Shown here piece after piece: positions 42,085 to 55,179 of a stretch of DNA of 64,000 bases. The translations under genes were made by a program, and so were the position numbers. This DNA comes from Octopus vulgaris. Its lineage: Eukaryota. The stretch's first letter is position 1, and the number at the start of each line of letters is the position of its first letter. Where the stretch lies: the NCBI GenBank assembly GCA_951406725.2, contig OX597816.1:162130001-162194000 (forward strand), written 5' to 3'. The notes under the pieces are model-generated. The model saw only the letters and a list, made by a program, of their open reading frames with translations, made no database searches and was not told where the DNA came from.

Positions 42085-42227
42085 TCCACTCTACTACCTT
42101 GATGTAATCTCCAGGGATACACGCATCCAGCAACAGGACCTCCGTAATGCTATGATGGACCGTGAAATCTGGCGTAGCATAGTAAATTCCATTGTCTCGA
42201 CCACGGTCGAACAATGATGATGATGAC
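42085..42227 (+). mobile_element. RTE-type LINE extreme 3' end
   Basis: YLDVISRDTRIQQQDLRNAMMDREIWRSIVNSIVSTTVEQ* (A.DR..WR motif) followed by a (TGA)n tail. Confidence 0.8.
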
Positions 42228-42547
42228 CTGTCTCGAAAACAGAGTACTTGTCAAATACTGAGAGTATCAGTCAAATATTCACTAACACCCGCCGAGTGAA
42301 AACTGCCGGATTTTACCGAAGTTTGAATTCATAATTTTTACATTATTGATGTTATTTTTGTTATCATCATCACAATCAGCATCAGCCTGTTCTGCATGGA
42401 CATCATCATCAGCATCTGCATCATTATTCCTTGCTTCTTTCGGCGGAAGCTCACATGCAACTTGTAAGCTGTTTTTGTACTCTGACTCTCATTAGACGAT
42501 CTCCCTTCAAGTATATAAAACCATCATCATCGTCATTATTGTTGTTG

Positions 42548-42608
<61 letters not shown>

Positions 42609-42655
42609 CATTATTATTATTATTGTTATTATTATTATTATTATTATTATTTTTA

Positions 42656-43080
42656 GGGAGTCGAGCTGGCAGAAACGTTAGCGCGCCGGGCGAAATGCCT
42701 AGTGTTATTTCGTCTGCCCTTACGTTCTGAGTTCAAATTCCGCCGAGGTCGACTTTGCCTTTCATCTTTTCGGGGTCGATTAAATAAGTACCGGTTACGC
42801 ACTGGGGTCGATCTAATCGACTTAATCCCTTTGTCTACCTTTGTCTGTCCTTGTTCGTCCTCTCTGAGTTTAGCTCCTTTTGGGTAGTAAAATAATAGGT
42901 ATTTCGTCTGCCGTTACATTCTGAGTTCAAATTCCGCCCAGGTAGACTTTGCCATTCATCCTTTCAAGATTGATTAAATAAGTACCAGTTTCGCACTGGG
43001 GTCGATCTAATCGACTTAATCCCTTTGTCTACATTTGTTTGTGCCTCTATGTTTAGCACCCGATGGGCAATAAAGAAATT
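42656..43080 (+). mobile_element. Family D with duplicated core
   Basis: Same layout as 18263-18640. Confidence 0.85.
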
Positions 43081-43439
43081 AGCATCATTAATAATATTAA
43101 TTTTACTTTCATTATTATTCTCAGATAATCTTTCAGTAATTTGCTCCCTATTCTTGTCCAACATAATGGCAATTCCACTCTCTTCTATAAACATGAGAGT
43201 ATTTGGCCTCCCCTATTCTGTTTTTTTTTACTGTGATTCACATACAGGCGTGCACATGCAACGCAGCAGCCATCATACAGCGTACATTTCACATTTCTCT
43301 GTTTATTTTTCATCATCGCAAGCTCCACCGCCGCCGCCACCTCCACTGTCTTTACTTCCGTCACTCCTCAATTGTCATTGCCAACACACTGTTCATTATC
43401 TTCAAACAAATGAAATGACCACCCAGTCAGTCTTTCTTT

Positions 43440-43605
43440 ACATACATACATACATACATACATGCATACATACATGCATGCATGTATGTATGTATGTATA
43501 TATGTATATATATATATACGTATGCATAAGTATGCATAAGTATGCATATTCATATGCATGTACATATACAAAGTATGTATGCCTACGAATACACACATAC
43601 ATCAT

Positions 43606-43638
<33 letters not shown>

Positions 43639-44398
43639 CACATATATATATGCATACACAATAAAAACATACATATACACTTACAGACATGTATATACAC
43701 ATACAGCTATACATATGCACACACACACACACATATATATATATACACACATATATATGTACAGGCTTGCATATATATACATATATGCACATATACATGC
43801 ATATATATATATATATATATATACTCACTATTACATACATATATTTATATATATACATACACACATGCATATATATAATTTGGTGTGTGTGTGAGTGTGT
43901 CTGTATGCATGTACGTGTGTGTGTGTTTATGTTTGTATGTGTGCATATGTATATATGCCTGTATGAAGGTAAGTGTGTGTACGTATATATGTGTTTCGAC
44001 TTCCTTAGCACAATATGTTTTAATCAGCTGCCTTGCACAAAAATATATTCGGTTTCTTTCGTTTAGTTTTTAGTTTTTAAATTATCTTTGTTTCATTATT
44101 CAACACCCAAACATTGGGTTTTACAATCCATTTATAATGCCAGAACGTGTGTATGTGTGTGTGAGAGAGAGAGAGAGGGGGGGGAGAGAAAGAGAAAGAG
44201 AGACAGAGAGAGTGAGAGGGAGAGAGAAAGAGAGGGAAGACGTTGAGAAGAGAGGAGAGTCGAAGAGGAATAAAAAATGATTAATAATCGAAATTTTACA
44301 AAAATGGATGAAAAAATTCGTACAAAAGATGAAAAAACGGTGAAACAAAGCCACGAAAATGAGTATGCTTATATGTATATACATATATATATATATAT

Positions 44399-44440
<42 letters not shown>

Positions 44441-44685
44441 ACAGACACACACACGCGTACATACACATATGCATATGTATATTTGTAAAGTGTGTGTATG
44501 TTTCTTTCATCTTTTTATGACTTCATTTGGTTCCATCATTGTATATATATGTGTGTATGTGTGTATGTATATATATATATATATATACATATACATAATA
44601 TATATAATGTCATACGGCTATGTATATGTATATATACATATATACACACACACATATACATATTTATATACATATACATATATAG

Positions 44686-44721
<36 letters not shown>

Positions 44722-45285
44722 GCATGTATATATATATATATATATATATATTTGCGCCTTTAGGTTATATATAAAGATACATATACATACATGTATACAC
44801 GTACATACATACACTCACACACATGCACACATACACAGATATATTTGTATGTATGTATGTATGTATGGATGTATGTATGGATGTATGTATGTATGTATAT
44901 TCGTTCAAGTATATGGATGTCTGTGTATGTGTATTAAGTTATTGACTGAGATAAAAAATATATATTCAGTAAAATAAGAAAGCTGCAATGAAATAGATAA
45001 AAGATAAAAATATCATTAAACTCCTCTAATTTTTTTTTTCTGGAAGATCCTCCCTCTTTCGGCTTCGCTTTTTATCGTTACTTCTTGTTTTGTGGTTTCT
45101 CTTGCTTGCATAAAAGCGGCCATGACAAGCGCACACTGATATCCATAACACAGATACACATGCATTGCTATATACATACATATATATATATATATATATA
45201 TTATTTTTAAATATATTTATATTTATATATGTATTTATGTATTTATGTATGTATGTATGTGTATATGTATTTATGTATGTATGTG

Positions 45286-45332
<47 letters not shown>

Positions 45333-45451
45333 CATATATATACATATATATATATATTCATATATATAAATATATATATATATTTACATATATATACATA
45401 TATATATATTCATATATATAAATATATATATACATGTTTATTTATATATAC

Positions 45452-45548
<97 letters not shown>

Positions 45549-45610
45549 TGTACATATATGTACATATATGTATATATATTTAGATATGTATGTGTATGTG
45601 TGTGTGTATT
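43440..45610. repeat. Compound microsatellite field
   Basis: Directly visible. Confidence 0.9.
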
Positions 45611-46069
45611 TAGTATAATTTTCTCGTGTCTTAAATGAAGCGTTTCATGAAGAAATTTGACACTACTACTACTTCTACAATTACCTCCACCGCCACTACC
45701 ACCATCTCCACTCTACCACCACTACCACCATCTCCACTTTGCCGCCACCTCTTCACCACCACCACCACCTCCACTACACCATCACCACCGAGGACACCAC
45801 TACCCCTGCACCGTCGAAACCACCACCACTACTACGATTATGGCTGCCGACAATCTCTTTAAAATGTTTATTGGATTCCTTTATGGCTTATTTAATTAAC
45901 TGCAGCGAAAATGTAATTATTATTTTTATTATGTCTGTTTGACCGAACTTGCAGTCCCGGGTCAAGCGCAGACACCAATGGTGAGCGTTTGGCATCTGGA
46001 ATGTTGCCAGGCGCTCTACGTTGACCGTGGTAAGTCAATTTTGGCATTCTATAGAGAGATTCTTTCCAT

Positions 46070-46270
46070 TGGAAGCACAGGGCCTAAAATTTGGGGATTA
46101 AGTTGATTACATCGACTGCAGTGCCTAACTGGTACTTATTTAATCGATCCCGAAAGGGTGAAAGGAAAAGTCGAACCCTGTGGAATTTCAAATCAGAACG
46201 TAGCGACGGGCGAAATACCGCGAAACACTTCGTCCTGCCTACTAACGACACTGCGAACTCGTAGCCTTCT
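46070..46270 (-). mobile_element. Family D copy
   Basis: ctggtacttatttaatcgatcccgaaagggtgaaagg... Confidence 0.75.
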
Positions 46271-46591
46271 TCCCTAGAGAGATTTGATGGAGGATATATG
46301 CTACCACAATCAGGGAATTTCTTCGTATTTCTACGAGGATATTCTCCTGTCTTGTCGGCCGTGAAGGAATTTCAGACCAGAAATTTAGAACGTTTCCAAA
46401 AGTTCAAGATCGGTCGGTTCCACAGCGCCAGGGCTTGCTTAATCAAGAGAAGCTCTAAGAGCATGACAGTGTTAGAATCTTCTGCAAGCAAACGTATCGG
46501 AGATTCACACAACTTTTATTTTTTCTTTGTCTTAAAAATATGATGTTCTAAGAAGATAAGAGAGCAAAAATGTACAAGTATGACATTATTA

Positions 46592-46850
46592 GTGGAGGCG
46601 CGTGGCTAAGTGGTTAGGGTGTCAGCGTCATAATCGTAAGATTGTGGTTTCGATTCCTGGACCGGGCGACGCGTTGTGTTCTTGAGCAAAACACTTCATT
46701 TCACGTTGCTCCAGTCCACTCAGCTGGCAAATATGAGTAACGCTGCGATGGACTGGCGTTCCGTACAGCTGGGGAACACATACGCCATTGAAACCGGGAA
46801 ACCGGGCCCATGAGCCTGGCTAGGTTTTAAAAGGGGTGAATTTACTTATT
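46592..46850 (+). mobile_element. tRNA-derived SINE, family E related
   Basis: gtggaggcgcgtggctaagtggttaggg...gtttcgattcctgg...cttgagcaaaacacttcatttcacg; degenerate TSD tatga(c/t)atta. Confidence 0.85.
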
Positions 46851-46859
46851 TATGATATT

Positions 46860-48230
46860 ACAATAAATAGTACAAAACATAGGAAATATAGCGTAGTTTA
46901 ATAAAACACAATAAACCAGTGTGAGTATACGTTATTTTAATGAAACAGAGCAACCGCTATTTATTCGACGTTGTGTTAAGGAATAGTCAGGAATATAACA
47001 CCATTTTAATAAATTAATACACCCATTAATGATAAGACATAACTTTTGTAAACATAGCCAGCAATAGAACGTAGCTTTTAATTAGATAGAACTTTAGGAC
47101 TATAACGGTATTTTAGTAAAATTAAACAAACGATGAGGAATTTACAGTTATTTTTATAAGACAAAAAAGGTTAGAAATAGAACGTTTTAATAAAATGGAA
47201 CAAACTAGGTGGAATATAATATCATTTTAAAGTAGAACCGTCAGGAATATTAGGTTATTTTATTAAAATAGGGCGAAGCATTAAGAATGTAACTTTATTG
47301 GAATGAATTAAAGGACGAGGAATATAACGTTTTATTATTAAAGTAGAATAACAGTTAAGAATAAAACACTGTATTAATAAAACAGAAGTATCAATATGAA
47401 TATAATGTTAGTTTAATAAAACTAAGGAAACATTAGGAATATGATATTACTTCAATAAAACAGAACTATTAGGAATGCATGGTAAGTTTAATAAAATAGA
47501 ACAACCGCTATATTAAAATTTTGTTTACATAATATAGAAAAACCATAGGGAATATAAATCGTTTTAATAAAAGAGAGCAGCCATTAGGAATGAAGAAATT
47601 TTTTTATAAAACAGAAAAACAATTAGGAGTATAACGTAGTTTTAATAAAATAAAACAGCAATTAAGAATAAAACGTAGTTTTAATTAATTAGAAGATACG
47701 TCCAGGGGAATAACGTTATACGATTAAACAATGAGGAAATTAATGTTATTTAAATAAGACAAAAGCAATGTTTGAGAATACAACAGTGTTTCAGAATTAA
47801 GTAAAACAGAAACCTTTAGAAATGTAACGTTCTTTGAATAAGACAATTATTAGAAATATAGCGTTATTTTTCTGAAATAAAACAAGCTGGTAAAAAAAAA
47901 AAAAACAGGAAAAACCATTAAGAAAATTTTTATAAAACAGAAAAACACCATTAGGGAAAATGTAGTTATTTTAATAAAACAATAAACGATTAGGAATAAA
48001 ACTACTTTAATAAAATGGAATAAACCATTATGATTATGATATTGCTTTAATATAATGCAACAGACTATTAGAAATAAAACTTTGGTTTAATACAACTGAA
48101 GAAAATGGGAATATAGCATTATTTTAATAAAACAATGTATTAGAAATATAAGGCTGATTCAATAAACGGAACAAACCATTCGGATTATAAGATTATTTAA
48201 ATAAAAGAGAATATAATGTTTAATAGAACA
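46860..48230. repeat. Degenerate minisatellite, ~38-40-bp unit
   Basis: Recurring ttttaataaaacagaacaaccattaggaatataacgtta-like unit over ~1.4 kb. Confidence 0.8.
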
Positions 48231-48759
48231 GAGAAAGAGAAACAAATTAGAACGAGAGGAAAGTAATCTCGCTCTGCGTCGATAAAACAGGGTTAATGGT
48301 ATTCATAAAATAAGAAAAGTTTATGGTTCATGCGATGGGGTGGGACATGGGGCTTCGTTAAAAGCCCTTTTCTTTTGCTCAACATAAAAATTTACCCCTT
48401 GTTACGGAACACGAATTTACCTTATATATTTTACAACTTTCACTTGGTGGTGAGGTGGAAGAATTTTGCAGCAATTTTTCCAATATTACTTACGGAATTA
48501 AAATCCCACCAGACCGCCATTGCTTATCATCTTTTCGGTATCGATAAAATAAGCACCTGTTGAGCAGCGGGGTTCGATGTATTTTACCTCACCCCAAAAT
48601 TCCAGGCTTTGTGCCTATAGTACAAAAAATTTATGAATTTCATTAGAGGTGCTACGTTATTAAATTAAAATAGACCACAATGTTGTAAATTCACGAAATC
48701 TAGTGGTCAAGGTGTTCAGCTTATCATCGTGGTTTCAGTTGGTAGATTTGGCTAGAGTC

Positions 48760-48801
48760 AGAGAGATAAACAGAGAGTCAGATAGACAGAGAGCGAGAAA
48801 C

Positions 48802-48854
<53 letters not shown>

Positions 48855-49178
48855 CAAACAAAGACAGGCAGACAGACAGAGAGCCAGTGACACAGAGTGA
48901 GAGAGAGAGAGACCGACAGACAGACAAGAGAGCCAGAGACACAAAGTGAGAGAGAGAGAGACCGACAGACAGACAGAGAACCAGCCAGAGACACAGAGAG
49001 ACAGACAGATAGACTGAGGCAGACAGAGAGCTAGAGAGAGAGAAAGAGAGAGACCGTCAGACTGAGACTGAGAGCCAGATACACAAAGAGCGACAGACAG
49101 ATAGTCATAGACTGACTGAAAGACAGACAGACAGATAGACTGACAGACGGTCAGAAAGATAGAAAGAGAGACAAACAG

Positions 49179-49245
<67 letters not shown>
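48760..49245. repeat. (GA)n/(GACA)n compound repeat
   Basis: Directly visible. Confidence 0.9.
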
Positions 49246-49250
<5 letters not shown>

Positions 49251-49680
49251 GATGTAGACAATAACAAAAAAGAACACATTAAAATCTCTGATATGAAAAG
49301 TCAGCGTGGAATCAGTGAGGCCAAATAGCGGCGTCAAAACGACTGAGCCAACATGGCCGCGCCAAAACGTGCCGTATGAATCAAAGGCTACCCATTCTCG
49401 TCATCACTCTGGCCCATCGATTATTAATGGCTACTTGTATTCTCAGTTCTAGATGATCTGTTCGACCCCTGTGAGAATGATTTATGAAGTACCACGCTGA
49501 GCAGGTAGGAATGATAGAAGATCGGGATGAGCAGCAAGCATCAGGAAAGATATTTCTGGAATCCTGGGAAGATGATTGTAAATCTAGATTCGGAGTCCAA
49601 AATTGTGAATCAATGGTTTCAACCACAGCAGAAATGTCAAATGAACCATTATACATACATACGCACATACACATCTCTCT

Positions 49681-49744
<64 letters not shown>

Positions 49745-49818
49745 TTTATGCATATAATATACATCCTTACGTGTATACAAAAATATATGTATACATCCAT
49801 ATATATGTGTATGTATTT

Positions 49819-49849
<31 letters not shown>

Positions 49850-49852
49850 CAT

Positions 49853-49893
<41 letters not shown>

Positions 49894-49978
49894 ATACACA
49901 CAAAAAGACAAAAGACGAAGACAGGTGGTATAGACAACAAACAGATGCATTAGTTTAACGCTCGTTAAGTGAAAAAGT

Positions 49979-50014
49979 CTTTAACGTTTCGAGCCTACGC
50001 TCTTCCACAGAAAG
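49979..50014 (-). ncRNA. Ultra-minimal hammerhead-like motif
   Basis: cttt-CTGTGGA-a-gagc-gtag-gctc-GAAAC-GTT-aaag. Perfect stems I and II, loopless ACGT stem III, A6 replaced by U. Confidence 0.6.
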
Positions 50015-50242
50015 GAACACAGACAGAAACTAGGAGAGAAAATAAAGAATGTGTTGTGGCTAGCGATCTATCATGGCGAAACAGAGTAAGAACAACCAGA
50101 GCAGGAAGAAACGACAATAGGAAAAAGCAGAAAGTACAAAAAACGTTTAGAAAGTAGAAAAAAGTAAAGAAACGATCGAAAGGTTCAAAAGCTTCGAATA
50201 TCGTGGTGTATTGGAGCGATTTCTCACCAACAGAAGAGTCCA

Positions 50243-50288
<46 letters not shown>

Positions 50289-50298
50289 TGGACACACA

Positions 50299-50358
<60 letters not shown>

Positions 50359-50359
50359 T

Positions 50360-50545
50360 GTTTGTGTGTCTGTGTTTGTCCGCCCACCATCACTTGACAA
50401 TCGATGTTAGTTTGTTTACGTCTCCGTAACATGGTGGTTCAACCAAGGAGTCCGACAGGATAAGCGATTTGTTCGACTAAAGGCGATGCTCCAGCATGGC
50501 CGCAATCAAATGATTGAAACAAATAAAAGAGTAGAAGAATAAAAG
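50360..50545 (+). mobile_element. SINE family B, 3' half
   Basis: Matches the family B body and tail. Confidence 0.8.
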
Positions 50546-50635
50546 AATATATATATGCATATATATATATATATGTGTGTGCTTTCGTGTGTGTAATTCC
50601 AAAAACAAAATGGTTTTCTTCACATACGTAAATGC

Positions 50636-50681
<46 letters not shown>

Positions 50682-50917
50682 GCACACATATATATATACA
50701 TTTACACACACTCATGCGCGCGCATATTAGCGTGTATCTTTCATGATATATTGATATCTTCTATGTGTATTTCGTTGGTGGCAAACGAAATCTTATGACA
50801 AGGAAGATAAGACGTTTTGGAAACGGATTCCTGTATGATGGACCACACACACACACAGACGCACACACGAACACGCACAAATATACATGTGTATATGCCT
50901 GCATATGTCTATGTCTA

Positions 50918-50980
<63 letters not shown>

Positions 50981-51929
50981 AGCGTGTGTGTGAATGCATG
51001 TGTCTGTTTGTGTTTAATATACAATGCATATAATATACATCCTTACGTGTATACAAAAATAAACTCTCGCAGTTGTCTAAACGCCAACAAAAGATCCCTG
51101 TCATTGCATTAAAGAGAGACTAGCTTTGTCAGTGCTAGCTCTTGAATAAATAATAAACATATATACATAACACACACACACACACACACATATTTATATA
51201 TATATACACACACAGACATATATTTATATATATACACACACACAATCACACATACACACATATACATTATACACAAGAACAAATATGGACAAAACAACGA
51301 AAAAAAATCATGCATTTAAATGTACAAAATATTAACTGTATAGAATAGGTTTTGAAAAATCTACAAATGTCTATTCAATAGAGTTTCAAGACACCCGCAG
51401 CTCCTTGGCATTCTTCGTTCTGTCTTTCTGTCTATCCTCTTGTTCTCTGTATCGTTGTTTCTCTCTATAAATCGACTGAATTTAAATAATATATGCCATG
51501 TTCTTCCTTGCCTTTTATTTCTGTAACAATTACAGGAGAAATGAGTGCATTTGGTAAGATTATTGTCGATGTATTACTTCGAAGATTCGCAAAGAAGGAT
51601 TTTTGGAGGAAGACACGAGTAGAGGAAGGAGGAGGAGAAAAAAGAAGAAGGAGAAGGGGATGAGGAAGTGGAAGGAGAAAGAAAGTAGAAGTAGAAGAGA
51701 AAGAGACGAAAAAGAAGGAGGAAAAGAAGAAGAATGAGAAGCAGTAGAAATAGAAATGAAAGAAATATAATGATATAAAATATAGAAAAAAAAACAGAAA
51801 TCATATTTTTTAATAAAAATTATCAACGGAAAATGTCAAAAGCATACAAACAATTGTATGAACATGAACAGATATACATATATATATATATATACATACA
51901 CACACACATATATACATATATATATACAT

Positions 51930-51961
<32 letters not shown>

Positions 51962-52687
51962 GTGTGTGTATATATATATATGCATATATATATATATATA
52001 TATATATATAAACACACAAAAATGGATAAAGTGAAGAGTTTTGAAAAGAGATTATTCAGGTGAAACGTTTCCATGGCAACTGTAGTGTAATACCCACGAG
52101 CTACGTTATATTAAAAACAGAACAAAATAGAGGGGTTCATTACAGAGAGCGATGTATTGTTATCATAGAAATTTATGAATCATCAGCATTAAGAGAAGAT
52201 TTCGGTAAGAATTATTACATTGTGAAACTAACCCACACTTCAAGACATTGGATTTTCAGGATAATCAGTACTTTTCTACATTTCTTCTTAATTGTCGAAA
52301 TTATTTTTATGACGTTTCTAATTGTTTTTTTTTTTGTTGTTGGTTTTCCTAAAATCGTGTATGGAAAGATGAATATTAAATAAAACATAATTGTTTCTAA
52401 TTTTTGGCACAAGGCCAGCAATTTTTAAAGCAAATGGTGGAGCCGATTACATCGACTCCAGTACGTGCTTGGTACCTTGTTTTATCAACTCCGAAAGGAT
52501 GAGAGAAAGAGTCAGCCTGGGCGGGATTTGAACTAAGATTCCAATCATGGATGAAATGCCGCTAAGCTGCCAGCTCCCTATCACCTTTAAGAAATCTTTA
52601 AGAATAAAATAATAATAAGAGAAAAAATATCATTGCTAGGTCTGTTAGTGTGGAATAAAATTACTTGTGTTATTGATGTCATCGGGA

Positions 52688-52762
<75 letters not shown>

Positions 52763-52769
52763 TGGACAA

Positions 52770-52940
52770 ATATTGGGCTAAACTAAACAGATAAGAAATA
52801 GACAAAGCAAAATCTCAATTAATGGCTGAGAAACTCAGGACTCTCAGCACAAACTGAAGGACTTTTAAGTTTTTGATTGCTGCACATGATCACAGTCTTC
52901 CTTGAAGAAATGACCAGAAGCACATAGTGAAAAAAATACA
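52770..52940 (+). pseudogene. R4/Dong LINE fragment following (AAT)n
   Basis: YWAKLN..EIDKAKSQ.WLRNSGLSAQTEG..IAAHDHSLP, homologous to the 2396-2863 protein. Confidence 0.75.
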
Positions 52941-53044
52941 AGTAACTGCAGAATGTGTAGTGATGGAGAATGTGTAGTGATAAAGTCGGTGCTTCAGAGC
53001 ATGGCCGCAGTCTAATGAGAGAACCATAAAAATAAAAGAATAGC

Positions 53045-53480
53045 GATGCTCCTTTCTTCTATAGGTGCACAGCTTGAACATTTTCGTGTGTGTGTGTGTT
53101 GGGAAGGCTAGTCCATTTCATCGACCCCAGTCGTTAACTGGTACTTATTTTATGGTTCCCAAAAGGATGAAACGCAAATTTGACCTCGGTGGCATTTGAA
53201 CTCAAAACGTAAAGCCAGGCCGGAAGAAATACTGCTAATCATTTTATCTGGGATGGTAACGATTTCACAACTCACTGACCTCAATAATAATGATTTTAAA
53301 TATTGCCACAAGGCCAACCCTTTTAAGAAAAGGGCAAGCTGTTATCATCGACCCTAGTCCTCAAATGTATCATATTTTATCAGTCCCTAGGAGTGTGAAC
53401 GCAAACTTGACCTCGACGGAATTTGAACTCAGATTGTTGAAAAGAAATACGGTTTAACACTTTATCCGACGCGCTGATGA
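53045..53480 (-). mobile_element. Family D copies (another at 52395-52580)
   Basis: ctggtacttatttt...aaaggatgaaa.gcaaa.ttgacctcg...atttgaactca. Confidence 0.7.
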
Positions 53481-53894
53481 CACTATCATTTCCCCGAATA
53501 CGATCAACAATATTAATGATAATGAAGATGATGGTAATTATGATGATGATAACGACAATGATGATGGCAACTAAAACGACGATGACTATAATTAATGAGG
53601 AGCAGGAAGATGGAGAAGATGAGGAAGAGGATAATGAAGACAACGACGACGATGATAATGATAATTAGGAAAGTTTCTTCATTTTAATGACAGCGAAGGT
53701 AATGATGCTAATGCTAAAAAAATATCATGTTCGTGATGATGACGACAATGCTGATGACGTCAGAGGTGGGGGATTAATTGTTGCCCTGATATGGAAATAG
53801 ACATTGATGAAGATTATGGGGAATTCTTTATTTTTGCCGGTAGGGCACAGAAGATAAGCTACGAAAGACAACTACCTTACAAAAACAAATTAAA

Positions 53895-53957
<63 letters not shown>

Positions 53958-53962
<5 letters not shown>

Positions 53963-54737
53963 AACAACGTCGGAAAATGAAGTCAGAACTGCCATATATA
54001 TAAATAAATATAAATGCTCACGCAGAGAAAAATCAAAATGCCCATTGATGAACCACTGTAAGAGTACAAATATTGTGTATAAATGTACCGTACACACAAG
54101 AGGAGGGCCATATGTTTATATTGGGCAAACGGCTGATTCATTTAAGAATCGTTCTAGCAATCATGTCGCTAGTTTCAAGAGAATAAATAGGAGACATTCA
54201 ACGTCTTTGGCCGATTTTGTGTGGCGACTGAAGGAAGATAAAAATTGAGTATAACATAACTTGTTCCACAAGTAAGGCATACAAACCATATAATATAATT
54301 TCAGGAGATGCCGACTCTGTGCCAAGGAATCACTCTCCATTCCATATCCGTGAAGGATTATTTTTAATACATGTCTCGGAGTATTGAGTGCTTGCTTCTT
54401 TTTTGCATCTGTTATTCTACTATTAATGTTCTATACAAATGAAGATATATCATAATTTGCTGATTTTCTTTACACGAAATCAGAAGATACATAACGAACT
54501 GTCATTTTAAAAGTTATATCTATCACCCGAATAGACACATCAGCACCGTCGGATGCTCCTGAACCAGTTGTTAAGCACCCCACCTCTGAAGAATCGATGC
54601 TACATGTGTCGAAACAATTAAAGTGACTAATAAAAATTCTCGTATATTCCACCCTCTGTCTTTCACTTATCATATACATAACGAATGCTGTGAAAATGAC
54701 AGTGCTTTACCAGGAAGCCACCAGGTATAAACCATTC

Positions 54738-54740
<3 letters not shown>
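53958..54740 (+). mobile_element. Penelope-like element 3' remnant: GIY-YIG endonuclease pseudogene plus pLTR
   Basis: CSRREKSKCPLMNHCKSTNIVYKCTVHTRGGPYVYIGQTADSFKNRSSNHVASFK...TSLADFVWRLKE, then frameshifted KPYN..RRCRLCAKE; bounded by (TA)n on both sides. Confidence 0.9.
54581..54625 (+). ncRNA. Hammerhead motif in the Penelope pLTR, apparent 2-nt deletion in stem III
   Basis: cacct-CTGAAGA-atc-gatgc-tacat-gtgtc-GAAAC-AATT-[GT missing]-A-aagtg. Confidence 0.6.
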
Positions 54741-54780
<40 letters not shown>

Positions 54781-55179
54781 TGAAGATTGCTTGAGGACAC
54801 AAGGGTTGTTTTTAAAACATTCCTAGACCTGCGACATCAAAGTATGAAACTATTAGCACCTCGTATCTTTATTTATACTGTGTCCATTACATGCTATCTC
54901 TCATTAGCGGTAATACGTTTTTTGTTGATCTTACCTTAACTGTACTGTAAACTATGCACTTATGTATGTGCGTATGTGTGTGAGTGTGTATACAAACACA
55001 GATAGTTAGACAGATAGGTAGAAAGATATAGAATTTATCTTTAAATGTGTAGCAGCGTATGTTTTGTCCAACGAAGTTATATTTTATTTCTCGTAGATCA
55101 ACATTTTTTACCAGTTATAAAATGTTTTAAGTTATTGTCATTTGCTTATGAGTTGATGGTTCATAAACATTCGCTCGAT

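Noticed and set aside
45635-45942. Thr/Pro/His-rich ORFs (also 41022-41297, 51560-51826, 53477-53668)
   Set aside because: They are degenerate trinucleotide or purine-rich repeats.
46860-48230. CRISPR-like periodicity
   Set aside because: There is no constant repeat with unique spacers and no cas genes, and the context is eukaryotic.
49450-49502. Possible C/D box snoRNA (atgat...ctga)
   Set aside because: No canonical RUGAUGA box C or terminal stem.
51375-51425. Minus-strand ACGAAGA...GAAAC candidate (also ctggatgagg at ~56652)
   Set aside because: The core and stems are too degenerate to support a call.
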